From an uncultured virus (IMG/VR IMGVR_UViG_2875459517_000002) (taxonomy: Duplodnaviria; Heunggongvirae; Uroviricota; Caudoviricetes): a DNA stretch of 64,000 bases. A model generated the notes under the pieces. That model worked only from the letters and a program-made list of their open reading frames with translations, had not been told where the DNA came from and made no database searches. The translations under genes were made by a program, and so were the position numbers. The stretch's first letter is position 1. The number at the start of each line of letters is the position of its first letter. The stretch is from IMG/VR virus record IMGVR_UViG_2875459517_000002; one strand, 5' to 3'. Positions 1 to 10,466 of the stretch are shown here, in pieces.

Positions 1-960
1 TTGGTTAGGCGGTCAAATATAATAGCGGCAGTCCCGGATACGGACAAGCCTGAAATTGAATTAACCGATTTTGAAACGGCATACAACGCATTCATACGAG
101 AATGTAAAATTAAGAATCTTTCGGAACATACGCTTAAGTATTACCGGAACGAACTACTGTCATTTCGCTCGATGCTCGAGCAGCAAGGCGTATCGACTAG
201 ACCTGAAAAAATAACGCTACCGATATTAAAAGAGAACGTTATTGTGTACATGATGGATAAACTCGGAAGGAAAGAGACATCGATCAATACAAGGCTTCGC
301 GCTATTAGGGCGTTCTTTAATTTCCTCGAAAAGAACCGTATGATAGACGATAATCCGGCGAAAGAACTTTCGTTGGTTAAACAGAAGAAAGAGGTAATTG
401 AGACGTTCAGCCGTGAGCAACTTCGGGATATTCTACGACAACCGGATCAGGGAACGTTTACAGGCTTTCGGGATTATACAATCATGTTATTACTCATCGA
501 AACTGGTGTGCGTGTAAGAGAACTGACTGATATAAGCGTCAAAGATATCCGTTGGGAGGATTCGCAAATACTGATTAATGGGAAGGGTTATAAAGAACGT
601 CTTGTACCGATTCAATCGACTGTTAAAACACGGTTAAGAAAGTACGTTCAGATACGCGGAGATGTACCGAATGGCGCTTTATTTGTTACGATAGACAATA
701 CCCCACTAACAACACGACAGGTTCAGAATCGACTTTCTAAGTATGGCCGTATGGCAAATATTAAGAATGTTCGGTGTTCTCCACATACATTCCGACACAC
801 CTTTGCAAAGATGTCTGTTCAAAACGGCGCAGATGTATTCGCACTTCAAGCCGTACTTGGGCATTCAAGTCTTGATATGGTTCGGAATTACGTGAATCTT
901 TTCAGCAGTGATGTTATGGATGCGCATAAAAAATTCAGTCCAGTAGAAAAGTTATTTTAA
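1..960 (+). CDS. int: Tyrosine recombinase/phage integrase (true start uncertain at window edge)
   Basis: Catalytic motifs TGVR, GKG.K, HTFRH, LGH and Y (VRNY); N-terminal SAM-like domain. Confidence 0.95.
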   Translation: MVRRSNIIAAVPDTDKPEIELTDFETAYNAFIRECKIKNLSEHTLKYYRNELLSFRSMLEQQGVSTRPEKITLPILKENVIVYMMDKLGRKETSINTRLRAIRAFFNFLEKNRMIDDNPAKELSLVKQKKEVIETFSREQLRDILRQPDQGTFTGFRDYTIMLLLIETGVRVRELTDISVKDIRWEDSQILINGKGYKERLVPIQSTVKTRLRKYVQIRGDVPNGALFVTIDNTPLTTRQVQNRLSKYGRMANIKNVRCSPHTFRHTFAKMSVQNGADVFALQAVLGHSSLDMVRNYVNLFSSDVMDAHKKFSPVEKLF

Positions 961-989
961 CCTCGTCTTTTAGGCGGGGTTATTTTTTT
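961..989 (+). terminator. Rho-independent terminator after integrase
   Basis: cctcgtct-tt-taggcgggg hairpin followed by a T-rich tract. Confidence 0.75.
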
Positions 990-1018
990 GTCCATTTTCC
1001 GGAGAGGATTCGCAGTTA
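989..1018 (+). promoter_or_regulatory. Bipartite motif TGTCCATT-N11-ATTCGCAGTTA, copy 1 (putative phage-sigma promoter)
   Basis: Identical boxes and spacing to 12523-12552; both copies sit upstream of operon starts. Confidence 0.6.
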
Positions 1019-1147
1019 TAAATGACGGACGAAAAAGTTTCGTAATACATGTCGCAAAATTGATGGTAGCCTACCCGTTATAGAAGTGTAAGGCAAACAG
1101 ATGTTAAGCCGGGGAGATAGCGACACACACACAGAGGAGGAATTCGA

Positions 1148-1600
1148 ATGTTACCACAAATGAGAATCAACGGAGCCGCAGCCGAACTTTTCGTAAAGGG
1201 TGATTTACTTATGAAGAATTACGTACCATTTGAACCGGAGATAGACAATACGGAGTGTGATATTGCGGTAATTCAAAACGGAAATCTTGTGCGCATTCAA
1301 GTGAAAAGTGCTCGCTCCGAAGACCTCGAAAAAGTTAAATTCGATCTAACGCGATCAAGTGCAGCCTGTCGTTTCTACACAAAAGACGATTTCGATGTTT
1401 TAGCGTTATATGATTTCGCAACAAATAAGATCGCGTATATTGATTGGCGGAGTATTACACACAAACGAAGCATTACGTTGAGATACACAGATACACCCTG
1501 CAAAAACGGATTCGTTGGAGAAAATGGTCGGCTGTTCTTTGATGATTATCGAGAGCTTCCACAGATTATACGAAGTGTATCGAAGGAGATATCCGCATGA
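1148..1600 (+). CDS. PD-(D/E)XK endonuclease, group I intron-associated (I-Ssp6803I-like) family
   Basis: G.AAE...D...RIQVKS...Y..DDFD..A.Y pattern; RBS gaggagg. Confidence 0.75.
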   Translation: MLPQMRINGAAAELFVKGDLLMKNYVPFEPEIDNTECDIAVIQNGNLVRIQVKSARSEDLEKVKFDLTRSSAACRFYTKDDFDVLALYDFATNKIAYIDWRSITHKRSITLRYTDTPCKNGFVGENGRLFFDDYRELPQIIRSVSKEISA

Positions 1601-2046
1601 ATAGCAGAGGAATGATCGGGTACGCATCAGAAAGACTAGTTGAATCAGATCTTCTTTTCCAAGGGATTGTCGTTTTAAATCCAAGCCAGCCAGATTTAGA
1701 GTACGATTTGGTTGCGCAAATTGGGAACGAAAATTTCAAAATACAGGTTAAAACAGGAAAGCGGAAAGATGACAAGGTTCTAGTAGCGGACATTAGAAAA
1801 TCAGCAAGCCCACGTAACCCATATAAAAAACTGCACTATACAAAAGACGATGTAGACATTTTTGCGATTACAGATCCGGAAACGAGAAGGGTAGCCTATT
1901 ATCCTGCGGGCGAAGTCAGTCGAGAAATAACTTTCCGTTTTGAAAAGCGAAAATGCAGAAACGGGTATGCTGAGAGGTTGTTCAATGATTTTACAGATAT
2001 TAAAGCTGCCATAGAAAAACTGTTTTCGCTGCAGAGAATATCCTAG
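1597..2046 (+). CDS. Second PD-(D/E)XK endonuclease of the same family
   Basis: G.ASE...YDLV...KIQVKT...Y..DDVD.FA; ATGA overlap with the upstream paralogue. Confidence 0.75.
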   Translation: MNSRGMIGYASERLVESDLLFQGIVVLNPSQPDLEYDLVAQIGNENFKIQVKTGKRKDDKVLVADIRKSASPRNPYKKLHYTKDDVDIFAITDPETRRVAYYPAGEVSREITFRFEKRKCRNGYAERLFNDFTDIKAAIEKLFSLQRIS

Positions 2047-2061
2047 ACGGGGTGATAACGA

Positions 2062-2481
2062 ATGACCGACGAACATCAGCGGCTCGTATCCGTAGAATCT
2101 CAATCGGAATACAACGTCACGTCCGGCAAGGCCGAAACGCGGATCTTCGTTAAGATGTACGTTGACGCCGTTAAGAAGGGCCTTATCGCGGACATCGGGG
2201 CGGAGCGTTGGCAGACACTTTGCGTACTGTCTTCGTTCATGAACGCTAATGGCGAATGCTATCCGACGCAAGACCAGATAGCCGGCGCGCTAAATCTCAG
2301 TCGAGCTGCGGCGAACAGGCGGATCAAAGCGCTGTGCGAATATCGGTGGCAGGAGCGGCCGTTAGTCGTAAAGCAGAAGGCGCGGGACCCGAAGACGCAG
2401 CGATGGGATAACGCGCGATATACGATCATGCCGATCAGTCAGCTCGCGATATTCGATGGAGATACGGAGGAGCTTACGTAG
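2062..2481 (+). CDS. Short winged-HTH protein resembling the N-terminus of phage replication initiators
   Basis: GECYPTQDQIAGALNLSRAAANRRIKAL HTH motif, terminal N.Y.I strand; iteron-like repeats follow the stop. Confidence 0.7.
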   Translation: MTDEHQRLVSVESQSEYNVTSGKAETRIFVKMYVDAVKKGLIADIGAERWQTLCVLSSFMNANGECYPTQDQIAGALNLSRAAANRRIKALCEYRWQERPLVVKQKARDPKTQRWDNARYTIMPISQLAIFDGDTEELT

Positions 2482-2496
2482 CCATGTGACGCCAAG

Positions 2497-2673
2497 CCAT
2501 ACACGGCGGACCCATACACGGCTCGACTTTACACTAACTAGAACCATCTTTTAACTAGAGCCATTAATAACTAGATAAATAATAGCGCTCAATTAAAACC
2601 TTTTCGCGCAGATACTTATTAAATATTAATTCTATCGCGGTAAGGAGCATCTGCAAGAGTGAGCGTAAGCGAA
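2497..2673. repeat. Origin-like module 1 (iterons plus conserved core)
   Basis: CCATACACGGC x2 (2497, 2512); TAACTAGA x3 (2535, 2552, 2568); TAAATAATAGCGC, CGCAGATA, ATCGCG; TGAGCGTAAGCGAA at 2660. Confidence 0.7.
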
Positions 2674-2873
2674 CGATTGCTAGGTCTTATTAATAAACGA
2701 AAGGATGTGCGGAATGGAATTTAAAGATTTAATCAAACGAATTGAATCCGGCAAAGAGGCGTTTTTCAAAAACATTACAAGGAAAGACACACGGTCTCCT
2801 GACGCTGAGTACGTAAAAGCCGGTAAGAATATCGACAAGTCACGACTAATTAACGAAAGGAGTAACGATAACC

Positions 2874-3197
2874 ATGGCGATTGAAATCCCGATCTCACCC
2901 GATTACAAACTAACGTCCGACTCGCTTAACATCATCGTAAATGAACGATATTTCACCGACCCGACAAAAGCGCCGAACTGGCCGAAGAAGCTTGCGGAGA
3001 ACCCGAACGCTGACCCGACGCCGAAGGAAAAATGGCGCGAAGTAGCGTATCACTCAACGGTCGAACGCGCGGTACTCGACGTAATGAATCGGCGGTTGCG
3101 CGACTCGGATGCGACATCTCTGGCGGAATTAGCACGATTAATACGGGAGTTTCGCGAGGGAATAGCGGCTTTACTGGCGGTCGAGGGCGATTGGTAG
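2874..3197 (+). CDS. Phage hypothetical protein
   Basis: ORF with RBS aaggag in the early operon. Confidence 0.65.
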   Translation: MAIEIPISPDYKLTSDSLNIIVNERYFTDPTKAPNWPKKLAENPNADPTPKEKWREVAYHSTVERAVLDVMNRRLRDSDATSLAELARLIREFREGIAALLAVEGDW

Positions 3198-3244
3198 GGT
3201 AAGCGGTAAAACGCGAAAATACACGGAATGGGGGCGAATAAAAT

Positions 3245-3640
3245 ATGGCTGACGGCTATTTAAGAAGAGCGGAGGACATAGCGGATGGATTACGCACACT
3301 TAAACGCGAGAACGAGCGGTTGAAAGAGAAAAACGAAATGCTCACCGGAGAGTTAGCGACTATACGCGATATGTTGCCGGACGAATATGGTTTCGAAGAA
3401 GGAACGGTCGAGTATGCGATAGGATATCCGGAAGGCGTAAAGGACCTCGTAAGGCAGACGATTGAGTGCATGCAAGCACGTATTGAGTTTGAACAGCTTA
3501 TGTACGAAATGTCCGACAAGAATGTCTGTGATCTTATGGAGTTGCTTATGAAATGCCTACCGGTTTTAGACGAGAGGAATCCTGCATTTAACGATTTATC
3601 AAAAGAGTTACGTGAAGAAATTGCGTCATTCTCAGTATAA
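3245..3640 (+). CDS. Hypothetical coiled-coil protein
   Basis: ORF with RBS, operon context. Confidence 0.6.
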   Translation: MADGYLRRAEDIADGLRTLKRENERLKEKNEMLTGELATIRDMLPDEYGFEEGTVEYAIGYPEGVKDLVRQTIECMQARIEFEQLMYEMSDKNVCDLMELLMKCLPVLDERNPAFNDLSKELREEIASFSV

Positions 3641-3865
3641 AGGAGGCGTTAAAGTGACCGAAGAAGTTAAACGATTGCGCTGTGCTGTGGCGGATTTGAG
3701 TGACGAGAATGAGCGGTTGAAGGCGAAGAACGCGCGGCTTGAACTACGGAATAGTGAGCTCCGGCGCTGTGTGCCTGCGCTTAGCACAATCGCGACAGTA
3801 TCGAGTATTTCTACGGGAGATATCGTTCTTAGGGAAATCAATAGAATCGCAAAGGAGGCGCTAAA

Positions 3866-4204
3866 ATGAAGCCGACACTCACGAAGGAACAGGCGGAGGA
3901 ATTAGAAGCGCATCGTCGATCCGGTGATCTCGATATACAGATCCTTGTGGCGGCATGCGACAACGTTTTAGGAGGTAAGCTTGCGAAACTAGACCCTCTA
4001 ACGCTTGCAGCCGCATTGATCAACGGGTACGAAGTCGAAGCGACGCCGGAAGACCGGGTACGCGAGTATTTCGCCGAACTTCAGGAAAAGCAACGGACTG
4101 CGCAATCCCGGGGCGTTACGTTCAGCCTTGAATGCGAAAGGGAAGGCGTTATCAATACGCTCAATCTTCTCGGAATCAAAATCGAAGGAGTGAACGCGCG
4201 ATGA
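3866..4204 (+). CDS. Phage hypothetical protein
   Basis: RBS aaggagg; ALINGYEVE motif common in Bacillus phage early proteins. Confidence 0.65.
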   Translation: MKPTLTKEQAEELEAHRRSGDLDIQILVAACDNVLGGKLAKLDPLTLAAALINGYEVEATPEDRVREYFAELQEKQRTAQSRGVTFSLECEREGVINTLNLLGIKIEGVNAR

Positions 4205-4331
4205 AACGACCGACACCGTACGAATTAAACGAAGCAATATCAGCGCTACAGCTCGGCGTACCCGAACACCTTTATCATCACGTTTGGCGCCTTCTCTACG
4301 AAATCGAAGCCTTACGTGAGGAGGTCAGAAG

Positions 4332-4682
4332 ATGACAACGTATGAAACGAAGCCTGTCGCCAAGTGGAAAACCCCCGATTTTATCGGCTACCTGCACGCC
4401 AAGCATAAAGAAACTTACGGAATTCCTTACGTAACGAACAATCGCGGCATGGAGGCGAAAAACCTAAAGCGGATGATCGACGAGCAAGGCGCCGAGGTTA
4501 CGCGGAGATTCATCGATAAATGTTTCGCGGAGAAAAAGCCGACGCTGAAGTATCCGGGCTGTAACTTTGCGTTCATGTTTTCATATATGCGCGAAAGTGT
4601 CTTATCGCGTGTGCTTACGGAAGTCCAAGCCGAACAGAAACGGGCTGATCGCAATGAAGGCGTGGGTGATGCGTGGTTCTAA
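4332..4682 (+). CDS. Hypothetical helical protein, possibly a stand-alone replication-initiator C-terminal-like domain
   Basis: RBS gaggagg; upstream of the helicase loader; function is inference only. Confidence 0.55.
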   Translation: MTTYETKPVAKWKTPDFIGYLHAKHKETYGIPYVTNNRGMEAKNLKRMIDEQGAEVTRRFIDKCFAEKKPTLKYPGCNFAFMFSYMRESVLSRVLTEVQAEQKRADRNEGVGDAWF

Positions 4683-4711
4683 CGAAAACAAAAACGAGGA
4701 GAGATTGCGTA

Positions 4712-5710
4712 ATGGCTGAAACGAAAAAGTATGCGCGGATTAAAAAGGCGGCTGTAGACGGTGTTTGGTATGCGGATAAGATCGGACAGATTTTCGAAGT
4801 TGTTCGCGAAAACTCCGTCGCGATACTTACGAAGTGCGGCGGCCATCATTCCGTATTGAGGGAAGACGCTGAGATCATTGTCACTGAAAATCGTCGCCCC
4901 AAAGTTGGCGAGCGCGTGTTGATTACGTACGGAATAACATCATCAGGCGACTATAAGACTGGCGATATCTGCACGGTACGAAGCGTAGTAGACATCTACG
5001 GTACGATTACCGTAAAAGAGTACGGCAATTACGTAATAGCAAGAGAATACGAAGTCATCGTCAATAACGAAGTTAAAAACGAGGAGGCTGACGGAATGGA
5101 AATCGATTTGAACGCAATGGGGGACCGTGAGTTATACGCGCATGGAGAAGCAGTTATGGAGGCGATAAAAAAGCGTATGTTCCAAGCAGGATTCCGAGCG
5201 GCTAAACAAGCTCAGCGAAAGTTGGCGAAAATGAATGCCGAGAAAAGCGCCCAAGCCCGCCGTGATGAAATCGTTGAGCAGGCGAAGGCGGACGTTGAGC
5301 GACTTAAGGAGAATAACATACGGCTGAGGACGTTTAACATTTCGTTAGAGGTTAATCGAAAAGACAGATCCGTTGAAGCTATCGCAAAGAGACCAAAGAG
5401 TAATAGGGCGTTCTATGGAATCGCCAAAGCCGCCCCGTCCGACTGCTTCAACGTTCACATCGGAAAGGCGATCGCGCTAAGACGTGCGTTGGGACTGACG
5501 GTGCCAGACGAATACTTGAACGCACCGCAGCCGACTGAGGTTCGTGTGGGTGACGTTATTAGGCATAGAACCCTAAACTATACTAACGTTGTAGATGATG
5601 TTGAAAGCGGAGAAATGCGATATACAGACGGAGAATACGACTTTATCGATGCCGTCGAAAAAGGGCGGATTAACATCATCGACGACTCACGCGAAGAGGT
5701 GGGCTCATGA
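4712..5710 (+). CDS. Phage hypothetical protein with repeated small beta-barrel-like modules
   Basis: KVGERV / KTGDIC / RVGDVI repeats; RBS gaggag. Confidence 0.65.
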   Translation: MAETKKYARIKKAAVDGVWYADKIGQIFEVVRENSVAILTKCGGHHSVLREDAEIIVTENRRPKVGERVLITYGITSSGDYKTGDICTVRSVVDIYGTITVKEYGNYVIAREYEVIVNNEVKNEEADGMEIDLNAMGDRELYAHGEAVMEAIKKRMFQAGFRAAKQAQRKLAKMNAEKSAQARRDEIVEQAKADVERLKENNIRLRTFNISLEVNRKDRSVEAIAKRPKSNRAFYGIAKAAPSDCFNVHIGKAIALRRALGLTVPDEYLNAPQPTEVRVGDVIRHRTLNYTNVVDDVESGEMRYTDGEYDFIDAVEKGRINIIDDSREEVGS

Positions 5711-6063
5711 CCAAGGCAAAAGCGTCCGTTGGAGATTTGATTCGATTGACCATTTATGGAGGCAAGAATTATCCGGAAGGGAGCGTTCTCCGTGTTCATG
5801 AAATTATCGACATGTCTCCGATTAGAGAAAAGATCGCAAACGGCGAGTATGATCGGGAATATGTAGAAATCAACTATCCGGAAGGGACTGCGGCGGATGA
5901 AGTTACGGCTTTTCCGACATGGGTTCGGATGGATGTAAACATTCACGAAGAATGCTTCGGAACGATGTTTTTCCTTGAGAACGAAGATTACGAGGTCTTA
6001 GCCGAAGAGGAGAAAGCTGCGTATTTAGAAAACGAGAAAAAACAAAAGGAGGAGTGCGAATGA
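5707..6063 (+). CDS. Hypothetical protein
   Basis: ATGA overlap, RBS gaggtg. Confidence 0.6.
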   Translation: MTKAKASVGDLIRLTIYGGKNYPEGSVLRVHEIIDMSPIREKIANGEYDREYVEINYPEGTAADEVTAFPTWVRMDVNIHEECFGTMFFLENEDYEVLAEEEKAAYLENEKKQKEECE

Positions 6064-6401
6064 CTTTAAAATATACGATGAGTGAGGCGGAGATCGTCGA
6101 AGCTATGGTCCAGTGGCTTAAGCAACGAGGCTACGTGGCGGCCAAAGGAAGGTTTGTACTCAATCAATGGAATCGGGAAGTAAAAGCGGAGTTTACTCTG
6201 CGCAAGCACTAACGAAAGGAGGCGCGTAAGTGACGTACCATAAACGCTTGAAAACAACGGTGTTTAAAAAATATAGCGGGTACGATTGGACTTACGACGC
6301 CATGTATCCAGAGCCTCGAGTGAAGGGCGCAGATAAGAGGATGCGCACGAAGCATGAAAGGACGATGAGAAAACGAATTGATCGGAAGGAGGTCCGCGAA
6401 T

Positions 6402-7184
6402 ATGACTAACGAAAACAATTGCGTACTTGCTAACGGATGCATGGGAGCAGGTACGGCGGCTTGTACGAAACACTGTACGGCTTTCATTCAGATGCACGGC
6501 GTAAGCGGAAACGGAGGACGTTCGGCGGCGGCAGGGCTTCCGCGTGAGTACCGGCTCGTGACGCTACAGAATTCGCCAGCGCGCGGTGACCAACCGGAGG
6601 CTTATAAAGCGGCTTATGCTTACGCGTCTACATTTAATCGTCAATTCGATCAGCAATCCGGTTCGGTAGCGGCAGCGGACCGCATCAAGTCGCTTTATCT
6701 CGTAAGCGAATCGCCCGGCACCGGCAAGACGACGACAGCAGCCGCACTTCTTAACGAATGGCTGCGCGTCCATTATAGCGGCTCCCTGCGGCGTGGCCTC
6801 GAACCGTTACAGCGACCAGCGTATTTCCTCGATGTGAACGCGTGGCAGAACGACTATAACGAATTCAACCGTCCGCGTGTTCCGGATTCAGTCGCAGAGC
6901 CGGCGGCCGCCCGTTATTATCGTGCGCTTGAGGCCGCAAAGATGGCGCCATTTGCCGTGCTGGACGATATAGGGGTTCGCGATACAACAGACGGTTTCCG
7001 TGGTGATTTGCATACCGTTATTAACGCAAGAGTAACGAATCAACTACCGACGATCTACACGAGTAACGTTGCGCTCGATCAAATTTGGCAAGTATTCGGT
7101 GAGCGACGTCTGGCCGATCGGGTGGGCGACCTATGCCGCGAGATTGAATTCGTAGGCGAATCGAAGAGGGGGATGCGTAGATGA
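6402..7184 (+). CDS. DnaC/IstB-like ATPase (helicase loader)
   Basis: Walker A PGTGKTT, Walker B VLDDIG, INAR...LPTIYTSN, C-terminal G.S.R; N-terminal Cys cluster. Confidence 0.9.
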   Translation: MTNENNCVLANGCMGAGTAACTKHCTAFIQMHGVSGNGGRSAAAGLPREYRLVTLQNSPARGDQPEAYKAAYAYASTFNRQFDQQSGSVAAADRIKSLYLVSESPGTGKTTTAAALLNEWLRVHYSGSLRRGLEPLQRPAYFLDVNAWQNDYNEFNRPRVPDSVAEPAAARYYRALEAAKMAPFAVLDDIGVRDTTDGFRGDLHTVINARVTNQLPTIYTSNVALDQIWQVFGERRLADRVGDLCREIEFVGESKRGMRR

Positions 7185-7687
7185 AAACGGAATTCGCCTT
7201 CGGAGACATCGTCTCGGTTGCCGGGTACGAAAATCGGATTTTCTACGTTGATGCTTGGCGCGAAGTAAAGGAAACCGATGAGTGGGGCGTAAGTGAATAC
7301 ATCGAGTTCGAGCTGACTGACGCCATAAACGGTGAATTCCTCGACGCGTTCGAAACGGATCTGCGGCTGGTCTGCCGGAAACAGTTCGTGGAAGATTACC
7401 TTTTAGAGTACGACGAGACGGATTATCCGGAGCCGTCGGGCGCGGCGTTCCACTTTACGGATGATTATTCTTTCGTAATAGGCTACGCGAAAAAGGAGGC
7501 GGCTGGGATGGCGAAAGGGCCGAAGGAAACGCCGAAGAAGGAACAGGCGGCCGGGGCGAAACAAATCAACGGGCTACTGGACGAATACAACGATTACATG
7601 CGCCTGCACGAGGCGTTCGGGGATGCGGAGTATAAAACGAAGGCTGACGCTGTGATGACGAAATTGAGACGGGAGGCGAGCGAATGA
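7181..7687 (+). CDS. Hypothetical protein (C-terminal IDEAL-like helix)
   Basis: INGLLDEYNDY...FGDAEY; translationally coupled. Confidence 0.6.
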   Translation: MKTEFAFGDIVSVAGYENRIFYVDAWREVKETDEWGVSEYIEFELTDAINGEFLDAFETDLRLVCRKQFVEDYLLEYDETDYPEPSGAAFHFTDDYSFVIGYAKKEAAGMAKGPKETPKKEQAAGAKQINGLLDEYNDYMRLHEAFGDAEYKTKADAVMTKLRREASE

Positions 7688-7908
7688 AGCGCAGAATTAG
7701 ATACGTTTATACGGATGAAGAGTGGGCTAAACAAGTACGCATAGAAAACGTGATCTTCTTCGTCCTATCTCCGATATACTTACCACTAGTCGCGATTTAC
7801 TATATCGGGGAAGGTGCTTTATATACGGCGGAAGGGATTGCGTTAGGAGTAAGAGCACTAATTAGACGGATTGTCTTTCGTAAAAATCGAAGGGAGGAGC
7901 GCCCATGA
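7684..7908 (+). CDS. Small membrane protein
   Basis: Hydrophobic segment, RBS ggagg, coupled overlaps. Confidence 0.55.
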   Translation: MKRRIRYVYTDEEWAKQVRIENVIFFVLSPIYLPLVAIYYIGEGALYTAEGIALGVRALIRRIVFRKNRREERP

Positions 7909-9320
7909 ACTACGGAACTCTACTAATATCGAAAGCCATCGAAGCGAACGATCCGAACGCCCTGCTGCGCTTCAACGTTTCGGAAGCCGACTTCCAAACG
8001 CAGGGCGAACGCAAGGCCTTCCGGTACGTTATGGATTACGCGGAGAAATACCGAGGCCAAGCGCCGACGGCCGAGGTGGTTGCGAATGAGGTGCCGGACT
8101 TCCAACCGGATTTTAACATCGAAGCCAGCTACGATTACCTTGCGAAAAACCTCAAGGATCGGGCGGCCGAGCGCGAATTTATCGAGCTGATGAACGGCCG
8201 TATTGATCCGGAAACTGGCCGCCAAGTGCAGGAGCCGCAACTCGAAAAACGATTTATTGAAGCGCAAAAAAGCGGTGATATGGGAAAATTCTTCGAGTGG
8301 TTGACGGGGCAGGCCGAAAGTCTTAAAATGAGAACAAACGTTCGAAATTCGGTCGGGACGGATATCAAACGGGACATCGACAAGTTTAAAGCGGAATATG
8401 AAAACCGTAAGGCCGGCGAGTCCTTTCGGATCTGGCGCAGCAAATTCGATTTTGTTAATAAGGCGATGGGCGGCTACGTTTCGTCGAACGTGTACGTGAT
8501 CTACGGAAAGTCGGGCCGGGGTAAATCGGCAATAGCGTTAGAGGAGGTCATTAACTGCGCGATGCAGGGGGCGAACGTTCTGATATGGTCGATGGAAATG
8601 GGCTGGTACGAAGTGCTTGTGCGCTTATACGTATCTATTTCAGGAGAATTCGGCATCGACAATAATCCGTTAGAAGGCGTCAATATGGAACGTGATATCG
8701 GTTATTTAGGACCGGGCGGATTCAATTCTCGCGATGTACGTCAGGGCAAACTATCCGACGAGTTCGAAGCGGGCTTTATGGAATTTCTCGATCGGCTCAA
8801 CGAAATCCTTCCGGGTAATATTACGGTGCGAGCCGTCGACGATGAAGACTTCGGCTCAAGAACCCTGCGCGACCTAAAATCGGACATTATTGAAACGAAG
8901 GCCGACGTCGTGCTCGTAGATCCGTTTTATTACCTCGATTACGAAGCCAACACGTCAAAGACTGCGGGCGGGGATGCGGCTAATACTTCGCAAAAACTGC
9001 GCCGTCTGGCCGGGCATACGAAAGCGACTATCTTTGCGCTGACACAGGCGGATGAGGATGACGAAAAGGCGGGAGACGGAGCGCGCGAGCTTAAACTGCC
9101 GCAGCGTAAGGACGTCAAGAAAACGAAAGCCCTGCTCGAAGACGCTGCGTTATTGATCGCGGTTGATACGAACGCGAAAGAAGGCCGTGGCTTGATCGGA
9201 TTGAATAAAGGGCGTGACGGAGGCGAGGGGGAAGTCGCGGAGATTATCTATCTGCCGCAAATCGGCGTGGTGAAACAACCGGAAACGGGTGCCGGAGCTG
9301 CGGACGTGTTCGAGTTTTAG
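7905..9320 (+). CDS. DnaB-like replicative helicase
   Basis: GKSGRGKS Walker A, SMEM motif, VLVDPFY, ALTQA, K.R.G. Confidence 0.92.
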   Translation: MNYGTLLISKAIEANDPNALLRFNVSEADFQTQGERKAFRYVMDYAEKYRGQAPTAEVVANEVPDFQPDFNIEASYDYLAKNLKDRAAEREFIELMNGRIDPETGRQVQEPQLEKRFIEAQKSGDMGKFFEWLTGQAESLKMRTNVRNSVGTDIKRDIDKFKAEYENRKAGESFRIWRSKFDFVNKAMGGYVSSNVYVIYGKSGRGKSAIALEEVINCAMQGANVLIWSMEMGWYEVLVRLYVSISGEFGIDNNPLEGVNMERDIGYLGPGGFNSRDVRQGKLSDEFEAGFMEFLDRLNEILPGNITVRAVDDEDFGSRTLRDLKSDIIETKADVVLVDPFYYLDYEANTSKTAGGDAANTSQKLRRLAGHTKATIFALTQADEDDEKAGDGARELKLPQRKDVKKTKALLEDAALLIAVDTNAKEGRGLIGLNKGRDGGEGEVAEIIYLPQIGVVKQPETGAGAADVFEF

Positions 9321-9454
9321 AGCGATTGGAATTTAACGGATGATATTGTCAACAATTACATCTAAATTTTTGAATATTTTCGACAAATTGCGACTGTAAT
9401 TCTCGTAACAATGTCGTAATATAATTTACAAGTCTCGAAAGGAAGTGTCTCGAA

Positions 9455-10450
9455 TTGCCGATATTAACTTTGAATGGACGTTTTGTGGACGTCGACATTC
9501 GGTATGAGCTCGAACAATTCGACTGGACCCGGCCGACGTGGGGCGATGAACGCCTGCTGGCCGCCAGTCCATTCAGATACGATCGGACTCCGAGCTTTTA
9601 CGTATACCTCGAAGACACAGCGTCGGCAAAAGCCGGCTATTGGGGCGACTCAGGCGCCTATGACGAAGAGTTTGCGCGGGGTGGGTTCGTTAAACTGCTC
9701 GCTTTCCTGCGCGGCGAAACCGAAGACGACGCAATCGATTACTTATTGGAAACGTATGCACCGGCGGCTGAAGGCGGGCGTATGGCGCTGCGGCTTCCGA
9801 AATTAAAGGCCGTCACGAAGCCGGAACCTTTAGCGGAATCGGTCCTCGCTGACACAACGCCGGGACCTAACGCTTATCTAACGGGCCGGGGCATTGCGGC
9901 CGCAGTACAAGAAGAGGCCGGCGTATCACTTGCCGGTAACGCAGTCGCGATCCCTTGGCGGCTTCCTAACGGGCGGCTGGCTAACGTTAAGTATAGGGGG
10001 ACGAAGGGGAAGGCGTTCTGGTACGTAAAAGGCGGCATGCCTATCCGGTATTTAGTTTACGGAATGGATCTCGTGTATGCGCAGCGGATTAAAAGCGCAG
10101 TGATATGCGAGGCCGAGATCGATGCCATGGCGTGGCGGTCTGCGGGCATACCGGCGATCGGAACCGGTGGCAGCACATTTAATTTACAAAAGGCGGACAT
10201 AATTGCGCAGTCACCTATCGAATATTTAACGGTGGTTACAGATAACGACAAAGCTGGCGAAAAGTTACGGCGGGAGATTGAGCGTTATTTGATCGGAAAG
10301 GTGCGGCTTGCGCACGGTTATATTACGGAGGTGAAAGACGCTGATGAACTACTTATAAAGCGCGGTACAGAAGCGTTGCGAGACGTGTATGATCGTGCGG
10401 AGGTCGTGAAGCATTCTTTACGTTTAGGTTCGGGAATTCCCGTACTTTAG
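9455..10450 (+). CDS. DNA primase (TOPRIM domain)
   Basis: YLTGRGI, NVKYR, CEAEIDA, TDNDKAG, KDADE motifs; next to the helicase. Confidence 0.9.
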   Translation: MPILTLNGRFVDVDIRYELEQFDWTRPTWGDERLLAASPFRYDRTPSFYVYLEDTASAKAGYWGDSGAYDEEFARGGFVKLLAFLRGETEDDAIDYLLETYAPAAEGGRMALRLPKLKAVTKPEPLAESVLADTTPGPNAYLTGRGIAAAVQEEAGVSLAGNAVAIPWRLPNGRLANVKYRGTKGKAFWYVKGGMPIRYLVYGMDLVYAQRIKSAVICEAEIDAMAWRSAGIPAIGTGGSTFNLQKADIIAQSPIEYLTVVTDNDKAGEKLRREIERYLIGKVRLAHGYITEVKDADELLIKRGTEALRDVYDRAEVVKHSLRLGSGIPVL

Positions 10451-10466
10451 GTCGGCGGAGGTTGTA

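Noticed and set aside
1..1000. Attachment site near the integrase
   Set aside because: The window starts at the integrase and lacks the other prophage end, so no att repeat can be identified
1123..1133. (AC)n run upstream of the first endonuclease RBS
   Set aside because: Only about 5 units; insufficient evidence for phase variation
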